Positions 24,600 through 37,109 of a DNA stretch of 64,000 bases are shown here, piece after piece (positions within the stretch are counted from its first letter, which is position 1; each line of letters opens with the position of its first letter). The stretch is taken from the NCBI RefSeq assembly GCF_006345805.1, contig NC_042998.1:188170001-188234000 (forward strand). The letters are read 5' to 3'. Under the pieces are notes generated by a model. It saw only the letters and a program-made list of their open reading frames with translations. It was not told where the DNA came from and did no database searches. Both the position numbers and the translations under genes were made by a program. The DNA is from Octopus sinensis. Its lineage: Eukaryota.

Positions 24600-25895
24600 G
24601 ATCAGTATCAACAGAATAGATCAAAGGAGATTTTATAACCAAATAAATAGTGGAGAACGAAGTACTGAAGATGAGAAACCTAATGTAGAGGAAGCTAGAA
24701 AGTTCTGAAGTAATACTTGGGATAAACAAGTCAACATAATGAAGATGCAATATAGTTAGAGAAAGTGAGAGAAGAAGTAGTGAGTGAGAAGCAGCCAGAT
24801 CTAAGATTAACTAGTGCATTAATGAGCAAAGTATTAGGGAAAACGCCGAAGTATTTCTTAAGTCTGAGGTTGGTGTTGCGCTCAAAATTGACTGGATGGA
24901 ATAATATCCAAGCAGTTAATACATGGGCGACATCATCACCTCGCTACGGAGTGGGAGTTATAAAATGGCAGAAGCGAAAAAAATGGGTACCAAAACCAGA
25001 AAAATGTTGACAGTACATGGAGCCTTCTACCCTAAGAATAACACCGATAGGCTGTACTTGTCCAGAAGAAAGGGTGGGAGAGGTTTGATCAGTTGCCAGG
25101 ACTGTATAGAAGCAAAGGAAAACAACTTAGGGCGGCATATAAAAAATGCCGTGGGCCACTGCTGAAACACACGAAGGCCGGCGTCATCATAACTGAAAAT
25201 TGTGTATCTGGTCACTCCTCCTCATCCATAACCACCGGTGGTTATGGATGAGGAGGAGTGACCTGAAGATAGAGAGAGAGCGAGCACTCACTTGTGCAGC
25301 TCAGGAACAAGCATTAAAGACCAACTATATGAAGTGCAGAATAGACAACACTACCGATAGCGACAAATGCAGAATGTGTGGTGAGAGGGGTGAAGCGGTA
25401 TGGCACATCGTTAGCGAATGCCCGAAATTAGCAAAACGCAAGTACAAAAGACGCTACGACAATGTGGAAAGAATGATCCATTGGGAGCTCTGTGGAAATC
25501 ACGGCCTACAAAGAACAAAGACGTGGTATGTGAAAACCCCAGACGAAGTCACCGAAAATGAGAATTGCAAAATCCTGTGGGATGCAATGATCCAGTGCGA
25601 TCACCCGACCAGACATCGGAAACCGAACATTGCTGTGGTGAATAAAAAAGAAAGAACATGTATGATAATCAACATAGCAAGCCCAGGTGACAACAGGATT
25701 AATGTGAAAGAAGAAAAATAAACAACTATGTCGATTTGAAGTGGGAAATGCGAAGGTTTGTGGTCAATGAAGAGAGGATACGTGATGCCAATAGTAATTG
25801 GTGCAAATGTAACGGTAGAATACCTACAAAAATCAGCATTGCTTGGAACTGCAAGAATTCTGCGCAGGGTCCCTGAAGCATGACCAGTAACAAGT
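24599..25895 (+). mobile_element. R4/Dong-like RLE LINE with internal deletions (RT lost), preceded by (AAT)n 24506-24598
   Basis: QRRFYNQINSGERSTEDEKP...KVLGKTP, joined at ~24850 to YFLSLRLVLRSKLTG...LYLSRRKGGRGLISC; then CAAQEQALKTNYMKCRID..CRMCGERGEAVWHIVSECPKLA..RKPNI..IINIASPGD..LLGTARILRRV. Confidence 0.92.
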
Positions 25896-25948
25896 GTCAC
25901 CGCTAAGCATTTCGCCCAGCGTGATAACGATTCTGTCAGCTCACCGCT
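25896..25948 (-). mobile_element. SINE B head fragment fused to LINE 3' UTR
   Basis: GCTAAGCATTTCGCCCAGCGTGATAACGATTCTGTCAGCTCACCGC matches the SINE B 5' end. Confidence 0.7.
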
Positions 25949-25960
25949 TTAATAATAATA

Positions 25961-26004
<44 letters not shown>

Positions 26005-26023
26005 ATTAATAATAATGATAATA

Positions 26024-26072
<49 letters not shown>

Positions 26073-26076
26073 CAAT

Positions 26077-26590
26077 AAATGCGCCGATGCAGCACAAGGC
26101 AGTGGCTATTATGACTTCTAATCGTAACTGATTAGAAGTGTTATCATGTATATGTTTTGTCTTGGGATAAACAGACGGGTGACAACAAATATTCTGCTCA
26201 ATACCACAGATTTGCTTGTCAATTGCTTGACCTTAATCAGTTGAGTATGTGCCTAAGTTATTGGCGATATGTGCATCTCTGATCACAAGCAGAAGTAGAG
26301 GGGAGAACATCATAGCGATGTGTTGAGAACAATTATTTGGGATTTGAATAATTCGGCTCTGGAAACATGGTTGCTTCATTCAATATCCTTAAAGAAATCT
26401 TATTCAAGTACCTTTTGAGTGAAATGGGCTACTCGACCTGAAGAAAATTCTAACTGGGCCCCACCTGCAAGGTCATGCGATATTTTTCTTGAAATGAGAT
26501 CACCACGTCACGAACATATGGTTGTGATGCCTGTGTTTGGTGTACTCTTTTCAGACGGGTAGTGATGATGGGCTTCGTATATTTAACCCC
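26077..26590. mobile_element. Unclassified ~500-bp interspersed repeat abutting (AAT)/(GAT)n
   Basis: Complex non-coding block with a sharp edge against the trinucleotide tract; no second copy in the window, so the call is from resemblance only. Confidence 0.35.
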
Positions 26591-26689
26591 AATGTCATTT
26601 TCTGCTCTCTCACTCAATAATAATTATAACATTAATAACGAAAAAAAAATAATAAATAAAACAGAAAACAAACAAAATCAGCAAGATAG

Positions 26690-26940
26690 ATATATACCAA
26701 GACCAGAGGGGAGTGATAAGCAGATTGTGGAGTTACAGAAAGAGTAAGGTTGTGCTAATTATCATTGGAGCCTTAGGAATGACGGGGAAGAGTTTCAAGG
26801 AGTGGACAGAAACGATCGGCTTGCAGAAGCACCTAGAATGCATGCAATTGGCTTGCTTGTTAGGAACTGTGGAAATCATTTGAAAGTTCTTGGATAGCTG
26901 AGGTCACAACCGATAACTTGTTATCCAACAGTAAATCGAC
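26690..26940 (+). mobile_element. RLE LINE 3' end (another family)
   Basis: IYQDQRGVISRLWSYRKSKVVLIIIGALGMTGKSFKEWTETIG...ACLLGTVEII. Confidence 0.75.
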
Positions 26941-27012
26941 CTGAATTCTATAAGGGTGAAATACAAAATGTTTTGAAATATTTCAATTGTAACCACATGG
27001 AACATTCCAGTT

Positions 27013-27325
27013 TTTGTGTTGTTGTTTGTTCCTTCTCGAGCCATGCCTGGCTCATAAGGGCCGGTTTCCCGGTTTCTTGGCATATAGGTACACCACTTGG
27101 ACGGGACGCCAGTCCATCGCAAGTGAGCTGCAAGATGTAGGAGGAAAGAGCGAAAGAAAGTTGTGGCGAAAGAATCAGCAGAAGTTTCGCCATTACCTTC
27201 TGCCGGAGCCGATTGGAGCTTAGGCGTTTCGCTCATAAACACACATATCGCCCGCTCTGAGTTTCGAACCCGCGATCCCTCGACCGCGAGTCCGCTGCTC
27301 TAACCACTAGGCCATGTGCCTCCAC
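27013..27325 (-). mobile_element. SINE family A (tRNA-Arg-like head), tail variant 2, 8-bp TSD
   Basis: TTCCAGTT at 27005-27012 and 27326-27333; A-box TGGCCTAGTGG, B-box GGTTCGAAAC; tail contains GCGATGGACTGGCGTCCCGTCC. Confidence 0.9.
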
Positions 27326-27959
27326 TTCCAGTTGTTTTCCCATTCTTTGAATGAAGGAAAGCGACATGCTTAAGAGAATTATCTCAGTTACATACTAAGA
27401 TGAGTCCGATGAGTTATTGGTCAAACACATGAGCAATTAAGGCTGGTGGAGCTCCGAAACATCGAAAGTGTCATAGGGCTCCAGAGGTGTGTATAATGTC
27501 ATTTAGATTTGTGGTTGGAGGTCGTAATTGGGTATGCATAACAACAACCATGGATAACTTGTACACTTTAACGTAAGGTCAGTTTATGAATTATTAGTGT
27601 AGGTATGTTTAAATGACAAAAAATACATCACCAAATAACGTACTGGAAGAGCACAACATTAATCATCGTTGCAGATACTGAAAAAATAATTTGTCTCCCA
27701 TCATGCAAAAAGAAATAAACACGAAATATATTGCTAGTAATTGTTATCCTCTGTTGTATTTCTCATATGACAATAATGGTCGCGTAGGAGAAAAAATGTG
27801 TAGGAGGTAAAGGAAACTGATGAAGGGGAAAGACGAGGTTCTATTGAAAGAGAGTGACGAAAACGAACAGATGCTGACAACAATGAAAGCACTATTAGAT
27901 ACTTGGTTTCAAGTATGCATTAAGTTGGATAGATTAATTTCCAAAACACCGCGTCGCGT

Positions 27960-27961
27960 TC

Positions 27962-28050
<89 letters not shown>

Positions 28051-28188
28051 TATATATACATATATACATATATATATATACATATGTATATATATATATA
28101 TATGTATATATATGTATACATATGTATATATATATATGTATATTATATATATATATATATATGTATATATATAATGTATATATATATA

Positions 28189-28226
<38 letters not shown>

Positions 28227-28296
28227 GTATATATATATGTATATATGTATATATATGTATATATATAATGTATATATATGTATATATATGTATATA

Positions 28297-28351
<55 letters not shown>

Positions 28352-28520
28352 TGTATATATATGTATATATATGTATTATATGTATATATATATGTATATA
28401 TATGTGTGTATATTTGTAGGAGTGTGTGGGTGGGTGTGAGTGTGTATGTATGTACATGTACGTGTACATATATGCATATATATATATATATATATATATA
28501 TGTGTAAATATGTGTATGTA
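27960..28520. repeat. ~560-bp degenerate (TA)n/(TATG) tract
   Basis: Direct reading. Confidence 0.95.
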
Positions 28521-29403
28521 CACACACATACACAATTCAGAAACAAATGAGAACAAAGGGAAGATGCATACGTGCTTGTGTGTAGGTGGCCACCTACACA
28601 AGGGACATTTCTGATTAATATTATTGCAATCTAATTTCATTGAAATAATTTTTATAGAATCAAGTGGGAAAACTGGATATTAGATGCTAGAAGTGTATTA
28701 GAATTATACCTATAGGAACGAAGTAATTATCATTGTTGGAAGCAAGAATGGCTAATAAGTTCGTTACATTTTGTGAAGATTTAATAATTAAAACAAGAAA
28801 AATGACAGCAGCAAAAATTGTTGAAATCGCACAAGAATGTCTGCGGAATTTGGTGATAAATCTCTGAATCAAATCTCTCTAAGATCGACTTAACTTTTCA
28901 TTCTAATAGAATGAATTCGACATTAAATAAACACATATTCTGTATATATATTCTGTTGACATACTAATGCACGAAACGGATAATATATCAAATTACCTGG
29001 TCACGCGTGCGCTGTTCATGTTCACTGATTTACAACTTTGTTATATCGTGTAAATTTTATCAATAGTTTAAGATAGAAATGGTTATTTTTGATGGTGTAG
29101 GAATTACGTCAATGCCTGAGGTTATGTATATGCATGATTTCTATAAGGTTGATACAACGAACACATGACGAGGTAAATGATTATGATGTTTTAGGTATAA
29201 GTTGGTTGTGTGTAAGTTTTGGTGGTCATCTTTGAGGTGAAGGTTGTTTCATATACAGTATCTCAAAACAAGGACTGATATCCAGTATGACGCATACATC
29301 TGAGGGTATATTTAAGAGATGTCATGTGTTCAATATCGTTAAAAATATGTTAGGGTATACATAGAAACACAGATGATGACGACTTCCCTGAAATATTTTA
29401 TAT

Positions 29404-29799
29404 GTGGCTGTGTGGTAAGTAGCTTGCTTACCAACCACATGGTTCCGGGTTCAGTCCCACTGCGTGGCACCTTGGGCAAGTGTCTTCTACTATAGCCTCG
29501 GGCCGACCAAAGCCTTGTGAGTAGATTTGGTTGACGGAAACTGAAAGAAGCCCGTCGTATATATGTATATATATATATATGCGTGTGTGTTTGTGTGTCT
29601 GTGTTTGTTCCCCTAGTATTGCTTGACAACCGATGCTGGTGTGTTTATGTCTCCGTCACTTAGTAGTTCTGCAAAAGAGACCGATAGAATAAGTACTGGG
29701 CTTACAAAGAAACAGTCCCGGGGTCGAGTTGCTCGATTAAAGGTGATGCTCCAGCATGGCCGCAGTCAAATGACTGAAACAAGTAAAAGAGTAAAGAGT
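29404..29799 (+). mobile_element. SINE family C
   Basis: Homologous to the other family C copies; short internal SSR. Confidence 0.9.
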
Positions 29800-31070
29800 C
29801 ACTCGCTGTAATTAAAAAAACAAAACAAAAACAAAGAATATGCCAAAAAGCTTTTCGATCAACAACCTTAAAATTCAAGAATATTGCATAGCTATTTTAT
29901 AGAATGAAAAGAAACACTGTTTTATAATTAACACGGAATTAACCTTAGAAAATTTAACTACTCTTCCTACATAAAAGAACTTTTAAATGAAAATAAAGAA
30001 ATAAAAAATGAAAACGTTAAGGGAAGATCATACCGAACACTTAGAAACGCTTACAGGAAAGTAATGAAGCTATTGCACGCTTGAAGATATCTACTCAAGG
30101 AATACAAGTATTTTGGAATGTTTGGTGTTTAAGTATATCAAAATGTAATGTGTGGGGTAATATATGTTCATGGTTGTTGGCAGCATTCTTTGCAGCTTGG
30201 ATATATAATTATCTTAGTAGTATATGCTGCATATATATTTACACGCATATACACACAAAAACACTAACACATACATACATACCTACATACATACATCATA
30301 CATACGCATCTAACGTACGATGGCTGGTGTGTTTCTATTCGTACGTGTGCGTGTCTGTGAGTATATATATATATATATATATATAAAATCAAAACAATAA
30401 TGGAACAAGAACGTAACAGGCAAAAACTAAACATTCGGACAGTAGGTGATACAGAAAAGGACAGGAAAAAACAAGGACGGGACATTCGGAACTTTCAATC
30501 TTCAGTCGAGAAGCAGATCGTCTTTACAGTTTCGACCGGTTAATCTCGAGACTGCTTTAATCTGGCCGGCCCCAAGAAAATCTAAGCTAAGAGCACTATA
30601 TTCTTTGGAAGAAAGCAAGCGAATGTATATGAAAAGAAAAAAAAAACGTAGAAATGATACACAATTACAAATACAAACGACTGGTGTCTTTCGACTAAGG
30701 ACGGATTAAAATTAAGCTGGCATGTGTGGAAATATATATATATATATATATCAAGTGCAAAAATACGGTTAGAAGACAAAATGGTGTAGAATTGTTTGAG
30801 ATAAAATATTTTCATAGACTTGTTGCATTAAAAGCGCAATACATATCGGTGCGAGACGAATATCGTCGCTGCAGTGACTCACGAGAATGACAAACACGTT
30901 ACGCTCTTCTTGAGGTTTGTCAATGCTGTGCATCCGGTTGTCACCTGCCCAAACGAAATTCGCACCTCATTCTCTGGTACTGCAGAAGCTTGGCGGTTGA
31001 AGAAAAATAATCGGTATACGCAATGCAAACAACATTAAATTAAAATGTATGATCTTGTATCATACCAAAT

Positions 31071-31109
<39 letters not shown>

Positions 31110-31124
31110 ACACACACACACACA

Positions 31125-32113
31125 CAGGGTTATTCAAAAAGAATGAACCGATTTCATTACGCAATATTTTAATAAAGAAAAGCAATAGAAAACCCCAGCT
31201 AAGTCACAAGTATTTACTCAGAATCAACTTTTATTTCCTGTGGCTTCCATCTGCAGCACGGGCAACATCAATGCGAATAGAGAATTCCTCCCAGACGCGT
31301 ATCAGCCTATCACGATCTAGTGAATTGATCGCTGTTGATATTCGATGTTTAAGGTCATCGATATTAGCGGGTAGCGGTGGAACTTTTACATATACCCACA
31401 AGAAAAAATCACACACGGTGAGGTTTTGGGATCTCGCAGGCCAAGCACAAAAAGCAAGGTCTTGGGCCCCTTTCCGACCAATCCATTGCTTGAGCACTTT
31501 TTCATTTAAAAAAGCTCGAACCATCAGGTGCCAGTGGGGCGGTACGCCATCTTGCAAATCTGCCAGCAGTGAAGTGAAGAGCCAGTTTTGGAACATATCG
31601 AGATAGGTTTGTCCTGTAACAGTGTTTTATTCAAAGAAAAAGGGACTATAAACCTTGTCCTGAGATACAGTAAAGAAGATGTTCACATTAGTGGGATGTC
31701 TTTCATGCTCAACTGTGGTGCTCTATGTGGGTGCTCTGTTCCCCAAATACTGAGGACTCGCCATTCTGAGTGTAAACAAACAACTGAAAGTTGCCGGAAG
31801 AATGACACGACTGCAGTGCCCCTGTGGCAGCCATTCAAAACTTAGAAAACTCCACCGCTACCCACTAACCTCAATGACCTTAAACATCGAATAACAACAG
31901 CGATCAACTCAGTGGATCGTGATAGGCTGATACGCATCTGGGAGGAATTCTCTTACCGCATTGAGATTGCCTGTGCTGCAGGTGGAGGCGACAATGAACA
32001 TTTTTAAGACAGGAAATAAAAGTTGATTGTAAGTAAATAATTTTGGAGTTTTCTATTGTTTTTTCTTATTAAAATATTGCGTAATGAAATCGGTTCATTC
32101 TTTCAAAATAACC

Positions 32114-32116
<3 letters not shown>
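31125..32116 (-). mobile_element. rosa/DD41D-like Tc1-mariner derivative with the 3' end duplicated as long inverted arms
   Basis: Termini CAGGGTTATT..AAAGAATGAACCGATTTCATTACGCAATATTTTAAT; minus-strand QDGVPPHW...WIGR...WPARSQNLTVCDFFLWVYVK; arms 31125-31387 and 31846-32116. Confidence 0.85.
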
Positions 32117-32173
<57 letters not shown>

Positions 32174-34309
32174 ATGTATGTATGTATGTATGTGAGTGTG
32201 TGTGTGTAAACCAATACTCTAACTATTATATACCCGATCATTTACAATTTTGCTTTTCGAAAGTGTAGCAATATTTTTTGCAATGGTTATTTTGAGTAAA
32301 GTTTCAAATACGTCTCATGAATAATTGCCTTTTTCTTTATAACTAGACGTTGATATCGTATATTCATTCGATATACCAGAGAGGAAATCTAAAGCAGCAT
32401 GAAGCGCATGTAAAAGTAATTGCTGAAAGTTTATGCATATATTAATAGGTATTGGCTTACAAACAATGCATTTTGAAATAGAGTAGGCATAACATCTCTA
32501 CTATAACTTAATATATCTTATGGTTTTAGAACCGATCTTTGATTATACATCGTATGGAAGTGCGATGCATTGCTATATTAGCATATAAACTTATATTTGA
32601 TTATCAGTATTCTTTGGAACTATTCAAGGCCAGTTTTACTCATAGTGTTGCATTCTTTTGATTTGTTTCCCCTTGTTGTTGCTTATTCTTAAGGAACAGT
32701 ATTAATTTCTATTTACAGTATTAGTTTCTTATATCTGCGTTGTTTCATTTACCAACACAATAATCTTATATACAACCCTCTTGCACACGAATGTGTTCGC
32801 ACAAATAAAAGATACAGAAAGACGCGTTCAGACATGCATGTATACATTAACCAAGCCAATCATATTCCATTATTTTACTCTTTTATACAGAGAAGTAATT
32901 TACGGTCGACGGGTCTACACTTTCTCCACCAGAAATGTGCATCGTGAGATACAACAGAACAGTTTGAGTTGTTTATGTGGAAAGCAGTTTTAATTATAAT
33001 AATAATGATAATAATAATAACAACAACTTTCCGTTGGATTATTTCCAAGATTTATACATATGCTGAGAATTTGCCACAAAATGTGTGAATGATACATACC
33101 TGGAAGATTAGACAGAGTCAGCATGAATGAAGGCTATAAACAAAACATATTCTATGTCAAAGAAAGAAAGATTATAAATGAAAGTGCTTACAAATTTCTG
33201 TAAAATCCACTTTCAAGTAGTGAAAAATGACAATTATAATATGAAAGTCCAAAGTTCCGGAGTTGTAAAATCTGAATTAGCTATAAAGGAAACTAATATC
33301 TTGCAAAACAATGGAAGAAAAATAGTCATCATTTTTATCCTTTTATCCAGGGACTGAATCATTATTAAGATTATTTCTTGTTTCATAACTTGTGGATTAA
33401 GTATTTATATATAATCTTCTGTTGCTTTGATACATATTCAACTCCTTCAATGAAAATTTTCTGTTTTGAAAATCAAGATGAATGTTATGTTTCTTTCATC
33501 TCGGGCAGTCACTATGTTAACAGGAAGTATAGCGATATCCCAGAGGAAAGTATTTTCTTACTTATTAAAAGTCAAGATTTGATACTTTTTTTCCAGCTAT
33601 TCTGTTATGTATGAATAGGTATTTAGTGCGAACTAGATATCTACTCAAACCTTATGTAGTTTCCTTTAATCCCGAAAAACAGAGTGATAAACTATAGTAT
33701 TCGTACACAAGATATTCTACTAAAGCTTATAAATCTATTCGAAGGATTGTATCTACTAATGTGATACATTTGGTCTCATGGAGCGGTTTGCAATCTCTTT
33801 TATCCACTGAATTTTGAAGGTTTAAGATTGAATGAATTAAATTCACTGAATTCGAAAATGTAGTCTTTGAAATGCACGCAGATATTGGTGTTCATTTTCG
33901 TCCTGATACCATAATAATCAACAGAATAGAGTGAATCTATGTACTCGTTTGTCAGTGTTGGTGGGTCACTTTACTGATTTATCAGTGAAAATTGAACGTT
34001 TTGAAAATTCTTTGATGTACCTCAAGGTAAAGAATTGCATTGAGCAGTCTAAATATTTACAGAGCTTTAATCCCACCAAGTCATACATAAAATTTAGAAT
34101 CACTTGATATTATATAATATTTTTGAAACTGCTTATACTTCGGAAAGAAAGCACGCCCAGAAACGTTTGTGAAGATTATAAATCGATGTGATCTTCCTTT
34201 AATGATATGGTCGTTAAATCCCCGAGAAACTCTTCCGCTCAGTCGAATTTTCTTTTGTCAGAATTACCTCGTTTTAGTGAAATCATATTAAACAATATTT
34301 ACTTATGTA

Positions 34310-35555
34310 TTGGGTTGTCCGGAAAGTTCGTGCCGATTTATAGCAGCTTACCTTTCGACTTATCTTAGAACATGGTTGAGTCCATAAAATAGGATTTGAC
34401 TACACCTCCATTTAGAGCACAGCGTAAGCTAACTTTTCGTGGAAGAAGGTTTATGTTTCTATAACCTTTGTTAATTCTGTAACCCTTTAAAATGGAAGAT
34501 AAGAAAGTTCATTTTCGGAACTTGATGCTTTTCTTTTTCCGTAAAGGGAAAAATGACTCACAAGCAACCAAAGTATTATGCGCAGTTTACGGTGATGTTT
34601 CTTTATCCGAAAGAACTGTACGGAAGTGTTTCGCAAGTTTCCGAGCTGGAGATTGTAGCCTTATTGATAAAGAGTGATCAGGCAGACTATCCACTACAGA
34701 TGATGAACAAATCAAGTAATTAATTGAGAATAACCCACATTGCACAACCCGAGAATTAGTAGAAAGCCTCAACCTATCAAAATCCGTCGTTCATAAGCAC
34801 CTAGTAAAGCTTGGGTACACAAATCGCTACGATGTTTGGGTACCACATGAGTTGAGTGAGAAGAACATTTTGGATCGCGTTTTCATCTGTGATTCGCTTT
34901 ATAAACGGAATGAAAACGCACCTTTTTTTAAAGCAAATTGTGACAGGTGATGAGAAATGGATTATCTACCGAAATGTTCAGAGAAAGCCATCCTTAGCCA
35001 CCCCAAAAGCGGGTCTTCACCCTAAAAGAGTCTTGCTTTGTGTCTGGTGGGATTCGAAAGGAATTCTGTACTATGAGCTTCTCCCAAGTAACCAGACAAT
35101 TAATTCTGAGAAATACTGCACACAACTGGACGAGTTAAAAGCAGCAATTCAAGAGGAACGTCCAGAATTGGTCAACAGGAAGGGTGTTGTTTTCCAACAT
35201 GATAATGCAAGACCGCACGTTTCTTTGGGAATCAGACAAAAATTGCTGAAGCTCGGCTGGGATGTGTTACCCCACCTTCCATATTCACCAGATATTGCTC
35301 CGGATTTCCACTTATTCAGGTCTCTGCAGAACAGTCTTAATGGTAAAAATTTCAATTCCTTGGATGACGTAAAAAGATACCTTGATGAATTCTTTGCCAT
35401 GGAACCACCTCAATTCTGGGAAAAGGGTATTTTCAAGTTAAAGGAAAGATGGAGACGCATTGTGCAACAAAATGGTTCATATATGGTTGATTAAAGGTAT
35501 TTATTGACCATTTTCTTTCCTTTAAAAATCGGCACGAACTTTCCGGACAACCCAA
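34310..35555 (+). mobile_element. Full-length mariner (mellifera-like) with pseudogenised transposase 34492-35494
   Basis: Perfect 30-bp TIRs TTGGGTTGTCCGGAAAGTTCGTGCCGATTT, TA TSD; MEDKKVHFR...WVPHEL...TGDEKW...HDNARPH...PYSPDIAPD; stops after DKE and QIK, +1 frameshift in a T-run (~34925). Confidence 0.97.
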
Positions 35556-37109
35556 TAGTTTAGCTCAACAACGGAATATTTAATAATCATTTAGAGCCGA
35601 CACGTTTTCATTTATGAGTCAAGATATTAGATTTTGATTGCGGCTTGGAAAAGTTAATCTGATAAGCTAAAGCTTGTTTCTTATTTCTTTTCATAAAATT
35701 TCCTTAGAGATCAGAATATCGAAATACATTAATCTTAATGAACTGAATAGCAACATAACAATATTGCTATCATACGTAGAAAAAAAATCTATTGTGTTTA
35801 TATTGTACACAATTACAGTCTCTAGAGTACTATAACATTATACTAAAATGTCATATCTATAAATTATCTAAAAATTGCTCAGATAGTTTGCCTCTCATTT
35901 CAGCAGTTGTGCACTTTCATAGTGACGGTCGAATGTAAAAATCTTCAGTAACATTCATTTCCACATCTATAATGTTGTCGATTGCAACTTAAACTCATGA
36001 ATAATCTGCTGCCATTGCCTAAACAATGAGTGTGACAAATATATCTTCCATAGCCACATATTTCTTCATACCCATGACAATATTTTACTCGCACGACCAA
36101 TTGTCACTCTCTCTTCTAGAAACTATGGTATTCTCAGAAGAATCACTCACAAGAGTAGTATATTTTGCATTAATCAACTGTACATTATCGGTGGATACAT
36201 ATTATTTCTGAATTCTAACTCAAACTGTGAATGCTTTTGCTACTCATCTTCGTGGTGTCAGCAAGGCAATTACTCGTTTATTCTTTAGTTTTTTTCAGTC
36301 ATTGGTCTTTAGTTATAATGGGGTACGATTTTCAGAGTTTTTAACCGATTATAATACCTCAATAACTTTGTCCGCTTTGTATAATTTTGTAGATGAAACA
36401 TAAAGTCAGCCAGGCATAAAGGAAAGTAAATAACTTGGAGCGAACACCATAGGATATTTCAGTTCAGTGCAGCCAAAATGTCTCAAAATGTGATCGTTTC
36501 AAACTAACTTTGCTAATACCTTACAAAGAAAAAAATAAAAATAAAAACCCCGCCGCGTGACACGTTGAAAGAATCGATTTTACTATCAAAACAAAATAAA
36601 TTAGGATTTGAAAAGCTATAAAACTACATTCATCAAAGCCACACTTATCTCTTCAACACCAACAGAAAGTATCTGTACACTTTTACATTGTCCCAAAACT
36701 TTACTTTGTCACAAAATTCTTACAAAGATCCACACCCTAGACCTTACTGGCGTTAAATGAATTAAACAATCCAGAGATATTTCTTGATTGAGAAAACTCG
36801 TGCCCATTTTAGAGATCTGATAGCAATGGAATTTCAGTATCTGGCATTGCTATATTTGTTTAGAGGTTAATTGACTAGGTTCCTCGTACAGTTGGTTGGA
36901 AATATTTTGCTAAGTTATGCAGACTTCAAGAAATAGAATGTAAACCATGCATGCATCGACAATGGGCGCCAATAAACAAATTGTGTGTGCATATGTCTAT
37001 GTCTAAGTGTGTATGCGTATGTATGTATATATTACAAATATTTTATATTGTATACATATATTATATTGTATACATATATTATATATTTCTGAATGTTGCA
37101 ATCGCTGAA

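Noticed and set aside
27400-27470. CCGATGAG...CTCCGAAAC hammerhead-like words
   Set aside because: Stems I-III cannot be formed convincingly.
30400-30720. Possible Penelope pLTR-like block (..CTCGAGATTAACCGGTCGAAAC.. on the minus strand)
   Set aside because: The core does not fit CUGANGA and no second copy or ORF supports it.
33000-34300. AT-rich region with hydrophobic minus-strand peptides and a possible 34-nt micro-exon (CAG|GTATGT near 33100)
   Set aside because: Many stops and no family motif; the micro-exon cannot be supported without RNA data.
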